From: an uncultured Bacteroidota bacterium
Lineage (GTDB): Bacteria > Bacteroidota > Bacteroidia > Flavobacteriales > Flavobacteriaceae
NCBI GenBank assembly: GCA_902586435.1
Contig: CACIHJ010000004.1
Location: 3,875-67,874, forward strand
DNA length: 64,000 bases
Reading direction: 5' to 3'
Shown here in pieces: positions 59,395 to 64,000 of this stretch; within the stretch, counting starts at the first letter, position 1; the number at the start of each line of letters is the position of its first letter. The notes beneath the pieces were generated by a model. That model did no database searches. It was not told the DNA's origin and saw only the letters and a list, made by a program, of their open reading frames with translations. The position numbers were made by a program, and so were the translations under genes.

Positions 59395-61056
59395 GTGAAG
59401 AAGAAAGGGTTAAATTTTTTAGAGCAAATAATTGATGGCGACATAAAGAAGGGTTATGAAAAAAAACATCTTCGCTTCAGGTTTCCCCCTGAGCCAAACG
59501 GATATCTTCACATTGGACACCTCAAAGCGATTTGTGTTAATTTTAATCTTGGAGAGAAATACAGTGCGCCGGTTAATTTGCGCTTTGATGACACAAACCC
59601 AGAAAAAGAAGCAAAGGAGTATGTTGAGGCTATTAAAAAAGACATTGAGTGGTTGGGCTTCAAGTGGGATAAAGAGTGCTACGCCTCAGACTATTTTCAA
59701 CAACTGTATGATTGGGCCCACGTGTTAATTGAAAAGGACCTAGCATATGTTGACTCCCAAAGCTCAAAGGAAATTGCCTCTCAAAAAGGAACCCCAACTG
59801 AACCAGGAAAAAATAGCCCAAACAGAACAAGGCCAACAGAAGAGAGTAGGCTTCTTTTTGAAGAAATGCATTCTGGGAAAATGAAGCCAGGAGAACATGT
59901 TTTAAGAGCAAAGATTGACATGTCTTCGCCAAACATGTTGATGAGAGACCCTGTTATTTACAGATCCATGAGCTCTCACCATCACAGGACGGGAGACACC
60001 TGGAAGATATACCCTCTCTACGACTGGACTCATGGAGAGTCAGACTACATAGAGCAGGTTTCTCACTCTCTTTGTACTCTGGAGTTTGAGCCACACCGAG
60101 AGCTTTATGACTGGTTTCTTGATGCTCTTGAGCCTTTAAAGGGCAGAAGGCCAAAACAAAGAGAGTTCTCAAGGTTAAACCTAAGCTATACTATAACAAG
60201 CAAAAGGCTTTTGGCAGAACTAGTTTCATCAGGAGCAGTACAGGGCTGGGATGACCCTCGCCTCCCCACAATATCTGGGTTGAGAAAAAGGGGGTATACC
60301 CCAAAAGCGCTCAGACAGTTTGCCAACACTGTTGGAGTTTCTAAGCGAGAAAATGTTATAGATGTTTCATTGTTAGAGTTTTGTATACGAGCTGATTTAA
60401 ATGAATCTGCACCAAGAGCAAGAGCTGTTCTTTCTCCTTTAAAAGTTACAATTAAGAACTTCCCTGAAAACAAAACAGAAGAGCTAGAATTTGAAATAAA
60501 TCCTCAAAAAAAAGAGCTTGGAAAAAGAAAAGTTTTTTTCGAACGAGAGCTTTATATAGAGCGAGATGATTTTCAAGAAGAAGACGATGAGAACTTTTAC
60601 CGCCTTACAAAAGGCCAAGAGGTTAGGTTGAAAAACGCATATATAATAAAAGCAGAAGAGGTTATAAAAAACAAAGACAATGAGGTGGAAGAGGTTGTTT
60701 GTTCTTATGACCCAAAAAGCAAAAGTGGATCGGGGACCGAGGAGAGCTCAAGAAAAGTCAAGGCAACAATTCATTGGCTGGGAAGGGCAGAAGCAGTTAC
60801 TGCAAAAGTAAATGTTTATGACAGGCTCTTTAAGGTTTCGGAACCAGGCAAGGAAAAAAGCATAACGGAAGACCTTAACGAAAATTCTTTAGAAACACTT
60901 GATGCTTTTGTCGAGCCGTATCTTAAGGACGCAGAGCCCGGCAGCTCATACCAATTCCAAAGGCTTGGTTATTTTATAAAAGAAAAGGACACTAACCAGC
61001 TCGTGTTTAATAAAACAATTGGATTGAGAGACTCTTGGAAAAAAGAAAACGGGTAG
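59395..61056 (+). CDS. glnS: Glutamine--tRNA ligase
   Basis: RFPPEPNGYLHIGHLKA and LNLSYTITSKR. Starts with GTG. Confidence 0.93.
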   Translation: MKKKGLNFLEQIIDGDIKKGYEKKHLRFRFPPEPNGYLHIGHLKAICVNFNLGEKYSAPVNLRFDDTNPEKEAKEYVEAIKKDIEWLGFKWDKECYASDYFQQLYDWAHVLIEKDLAYVDSQSSKEIASQKGTPTEPGKNSPNRTRPTEESRLLFEEMHSGKMKPGEHVLRAKIDMSSPNMLMRDPVIYRSMSSHHHRTGDTWKIYPLYDWTHGESDYIEQVSHSLCTLEFEPHRELYDWFLDALEPLKGRRPKQREFSRLNLSYTITSKRLLAELVSSGAVQGWDDPRLPTISGLRKRGYTPKALRQFANTVGVSKRENVIDVSLLEFCIRADLNESAPRARAVLSPLKVTIKNFPENKTEELEFEINPQKKELGKRKVFFERELYIERDDFQEEDDENFYRLTKGQEVRLKNAYIIKAEEVIKNKDNEVEEVVCSYDPKSKSGSGTEESSRKVKATIHWLGRAEAVTAKVNVYDRLFKVSEPGKEKSITEDLNENSLETLDAFVEPYLKDAEPGSSYQFQRLGYFIKEKDTNQLVFNKTIGLRDSWKKENG

Positions 61057-61064
61057 CCTATTCG

Positions 61065-62069
61065 TTACTCTGTTTCTTCGTCGGTCTCTAAGTCATCGAT
61101 TATCTCATCTACAATTGAGCTTCCCTTAACAGCAGGAGGTGTTGATTTAGACTCAGACTTGTTTTGCTCCTGCATCGCCTCTCCTATTTTGCTGCTAGCT
61201 GTAAACGCTGCAACCATATCGTTGAGCATTGTGCTTCCAGCTTGAGGTGAATTAGGAAGTAAAATAAGGTTAGAATTCGTCTCCTGTCCAATAGACTGAA
61301 GTGTGTCATAGTGTTGTGTTACAACTATTAAAGCAGAGGCTTCTTGAGAATTAATTCCAACAGAGCCAAGCGTACCAACTGAGTCCTCAATTCCTTTTGC
61401 GATTTCCCTTCTTTGGTCTGCAATACCTTGTCCTTGAAGCCTTTTGCTTTCTGCTTCAGCTTTTGCCTTTTCTACAATTAAAATTCTAGCAGCATCTCCT
61501 TCATATTGAGCAGCTGTTTTTTCTCTGTCAGCAGCGTTAATTCTATTCATTGCTATTTTTACCTCCGCGTCAGGCTCAATATCCGTTACAAGGGCCTTAA
61601 CAATGAAGTATCCATATTCTTGCATTGCCGCTCCAAGCGACTCTTTAACTGCAACCGCAATGTCGTCTTGTTTTGAAAACACATCATCTAGCTTCATTTT
61701 AGGAACCTGTGACCTAATAAGATCAAAAACATAAGAGGTGATTTGGTCTTGAGGAAAATCAAGCTTATAGAATGCGTCGAAAACTTTTTCTTCTACCACA
61801 CGATATTGAACAGACACTTTAAGTTTTACAAAAACATCATCACTTGTTTTTGTTTCAACAACAACGTCTAGTTGTAATATTTTTAGACTTAGCCTGCCAG
61901 AGATTCTATCGACAAAAGGAATTTTAAATTGAATTCCAGGGCCTCTAACGGAGTTAAACTTTCCAAAACGCTCTATAATTGCAGCAGATTGTTGCTTTAC
62001 AATAAAGACTGTTGAAAAAAGAACTATAAAAAGAAAAAGTATTAAAATTGGGGTTGTAAACATGCTCAT
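61065..62069 (-). CDS. SPFH/band-7 (stomatin-like) membrane protein with an acidic tail
   Basis: N-terminal TM helix, followed by VKQQSAAIIERFGKF and a PHB-domain pattern. Confidence 0.85.
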   Translation of the reverse strand: MSMFTTPILILFLFIVLFSTVFIVKQQSAAIIERFGKFNSVRGPGIQFKIPFVDRISGRLSLKILQLDVVVETKTSDDVFVKLKVSVQYRVVEEKVFDAFYKLDFPQDQITSYVFDLIRSQVPKMKLDDVFSKQDDIAVAVKESLGAAMQEYGYFIVKALVTDIEPDAEVKIAMNRINAADREKTAAQYEGDAARILIVEKAKAEAESKRLQGQGIADQRREIAKGIEDSVGTLGSVGINSQEASALIVVTQHYDTLQSIGQETNSNLILLPNSPQAGSTMLNDMVAAFTASSKIGEAMQEQNKSESKSTPPAVKGSSIVDEIIDDLETDEETE

Positions 62070-63517
62070 GGTTTTAGTGTTTTAGTTAATTTATTAATTC
62101 GTTTAATTGTTTCCTCGGCCCCTATAATTTCAATCATTTTAAAAAGATCAGGACCTTTTAATGATCCAGCTAAAGCAAGCCTAAGAGTTTTCATTGTCTG
62201 CCCAAAACTAATTTTGTTTTCAGCAGAAGATTTGAAAAGGCCCTCTTTAATCACAGATCCTTCTTCCGATGAGCCTACATGTAATTTACAAAAATTTAAA
62301 ATAACCAACGTCTCTGGTTGATTAAGTTTTTGCAAAACTTTTTGGTCATAATCAGAAGGTTCGTGCATAAAAACCCCTATTTCTTTTTGAATGTCAGAAA
62401 GAAGGTTTAGCCTTTCTTTAATTAAATCAATTATTTCTTCAAGCTTTTTTCCAAATCTTGAAAAAGCCGCTTCTGTCTGACCCTCACACTGTTCAATAAT
62501 TTTTTTTGGAGAACAATCTTGTATGTGTAGGTGGTTTATCCAGGTTGCCTTTTTAATATCGAAACGTGCGCCGGATTTTTGAATCCTTTTGCTGTCAAAG
62601 CCCGCAACCAATTCTTTAAGAGTATATTTTTCTTTGTCGCTTTCATTGCTCCACCCGAGAAGAGCAAGATAGTTTATTAACCCCTCTGGCAAAAACCCCT
62701 GTTCTTTAAATCCAAAAGAATCTTTCCACGCTATGGGAAAAACTGGGAAACCCTGCTGTTTAGCATCTCTTTTTGACAACTTACCCTGTCCTTCCGTTTT
62801 GAGAATTAATGGAAGGTGAAAAAACTTAGGAGGCGCCCAGCTAAAATATTTGTATAATAAAATGTGGAACGGAAGAGATGACAACCACTCCTCTCCCCTA
62901 ACAACAGAGGTTATTTTCATGTCATTGTCATCAACAACATTAGCTAGATGGTAGGTAGGCATTTTATCTGATTTTAAAATTATTTTATCTTCTAACTCGT
63001 TTGAATTAAATGAGAGATTCCCTCTTATTTCGTCTTTAACTTTAATTGTCTCATTGCTTGGCACAACCATTCTTATTACAAACTCGCCTTTCGTAATTAA
63101 ACTATCCGCCTCTTCTTTACTTATTGTAAAAGTGTTTTTTAATCCAAAATTTTTATCATGCCTGTATTTAAAATCATTGCCGTGTTTTTCCTTAGCCCGT
63201 TTAAGCTCTTCCATGGTGTCAAAGCAATGATACGCTTGTCCGTTTTCAACTAACAGATCGACATGCTTTAAGTAAATCTCTTTTCTTTCACTTTGTTTAT
63301 ATGGCTTCTTGTCTGGAGCAAGGCCTAGCCACTTTAGGCTCTCTATAATATATTCTTCTGCTCCCTCAACTGTTCTGTCGGTATCAGTGTCTTCTATCCT
63401 AAGTATAAACTCGCCGCCATTTTTTTTAGCAATTAGATAATTGAAAAGAGCAGTTCTGACACCACCTATATGAAGCGGGCCGGTTGGGCTGGGTGCAAAC
63501 CTTGCTCTTTCTTTCAT
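62066..63517 (-). CDS. gltX: Glutamate--tRNA ligase
   Basis: RFAPSPTGPLHIGGVRTALFNY and KLSKRD. ATGA overlap with the SPFH gene. Confidence 0.93.
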   Translation of the reverse strand: MKERARFAPSPTGPLHIGGVRTALFNYLIAKKNGGEFILRIEDTDTDRTVEGAEEYIIESLKWLGLAPDKKPYKQSERKEIYLKHVDLLVENGQAYHCFDTMEELKRAKEKHGNDFKYRHDKNFGLKNTFTISKEEADSLITKGEFVIRMVVPSNETIKVKDEIRGNLSFNSNELEDKIILKSDKMPTYHLANVVDDNDMKITSVVRGEEWLSSLPFHILLYKYFSWAPPKFFHLPLILKTEGQGKLSKRDAKQQGFPVFPIAWKDSFGFKEQGFLPEGLINYLALLGWSNESDKEKYTLKELVAGFDSKRIQKSGARFDIKKATWINHLHIQDCSPKKIIEQCEGQTEAAFSRFGKKLEEIIDLIKERLNLLSDIQKEIGVFMHEPSDYDQKVLQKLNQPETLVILNFCKLHVGSSEEGSVIKEGLFKSSAENKISFGQTMKTLRLALAGSLKGPDLFKMIEIIGAEETIKRINKLTKTLKP

Positions 63518-63572
63518 AATTCAAATATAACACCATAATATTCCTAATTAAAATAATCCTCATGATTTGAGC

Positions 63573-63580
63573 TATATTTG
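63573..63580 (+). promoter_or_regulatory. Candidate -7 box (TATATTTG)
   Basis: Lies 10 nt upstream of the ybeY ATG. Confidence 0.3.
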
Positions 63581-63589
63581 TGAATAAAT

Positions 63590-64000
63590 ATGTCTAAAGT
63601 TGATTTCATTTCGTGCCCTCCTTTTTCTTTTAAAAAAGAAAAAATTATACGTGTTCTTAAAAAATATGCAGAAGACGAGGGCTATTCTATAAAAAAAATC
63701 CAATACAATTTTCTAGAAAAACCATCTATGCTAAAAATGAACAAAAGTTATTTAGGACACGATTCTCACACTGACATTATTACTTTTGATTATTCAGAGA
63801 ACATGTCAATAAATGCAGAAGTTTACATCTCAATAGACATGATGAAAGAGAACGCTAAAAAATTTAAGCAATCTATTGAAAATGAGATGGTTAGGTTAAT
63901 ATCTCACGCTCTTTTTCATTGTATGGGCCACTCTGATAAAAGCAAATTAGAAAAAGAAAAAATGAGAATAATGGAAGAAAAATTTATAAATGACGTTTCA
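63590..64000 (+). CDS. ybeY: rRNA maturation endoribonuclease YbeY (3' end runs off the window)
   Basis: My own translation from ATG 63590 stays open to the window end. It contains the HALFHCMGHSD zinc motif (H..LH..G..H). Confidence 0.8.
   Translation, partial: MSKVDFISCPPFSFKKEKIIRVLKKYAEDEGYSIKKIQYNFLEKPSMLKMNKSYLGHDSHTDIITFDYSENMSINAEVYISIDMMKENAKKFKQSIENEMVRLISHALFHCMGHSDKSKLEKEKMRIMEEKFINDVS

Noticed and set aside
52953-60473. Many 60-100 aa antisense or out-of-frame ORFs (for example 54218-54455, 55388-55690, 58557-59341, 59660-60473).
   Set aside because: All are embedded in strongly conserved genes (lepA, MBL, rnr, glnS) and have low-complexity translations. Their abundance reflects the higher GC of this domain. 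One even spans the tRNA-Cys.
1-64000. CRISPR arrays, rRNA, riboswitches or other structured ncRNAs in intergenic regions.
   Set aside because: No regularly spaced direct repeats were seen apart from the coding TSP3 repeats. Spacers upstream of ribE, panC, gdhA and the TonB receptors are too short or lack conserved riboswitch cores. The 414-bp spacer lacks RNase P, tmRNA or 6S hallmarks. This is an eye scan only, so covariance-model searches are still needed.

Overview
The window looks like a Bacteroidota (Flavobacteriia-like) chromosomal segment. It is AT-rich, densely coded and mostly housekeeping. The lineage call rests on gene order (ileS/dksA-like/lspA; yceD-rpmF-fabH-accB-accC; panC next to a glycogen-synthase-like gene and DUF4270), TonB-dependent receptors, many lipoprotein signals, no Shine-Dalgarno sequences, and TAnnTTTG -7 boxes close to start codons. 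I call about 60 protein genes, 2 tRNAs (CAU anticodon, Ile2-like; and Cys-GCA) and 4 hairpin terminators. I found no rRNA, CRISPR array, transposase, integrase or recognisable defence system. Roughly 1-39 kb and 50-64 kb are core genes: mvaS, etfBA, panC, gdhA, recO, ileS, lspA, uvrC, pgi, recJ, rsmI, tdk, asd, accBC, fabH, rpmF, pdxA, ribE; then rbfA, dusB, lepA, rnpA, rpiB, rnr, glnS, gltX, ybeY. About 38-50 kb looks accessory: envelope or periplasmic enzymes, a small XRE regulator, a lone Stealth-family phosphotransferase and a Lys-rich orphan. Observations worth a second look: (1) synonymous codon usage and GC change abruptly at about 42.8 kb, with housekeeping genes on both sides, so this may be a chimeric join or a large replacement; (2) three GTAAAG-N4-YTTTAC palindromes sit exactly at that break, upstream of the XRE gene; (3) an A7 homopolymer frameshift cuts the conserved N-terminus off gdhA; (4) a 414-bp gene-free spacer holds about 140 nt with a single G on the + strand; (5) several tightly coupled clusters have unknown collective function. 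I cannot show that any of these is a new system. All of this is hand reading, with no database searches.
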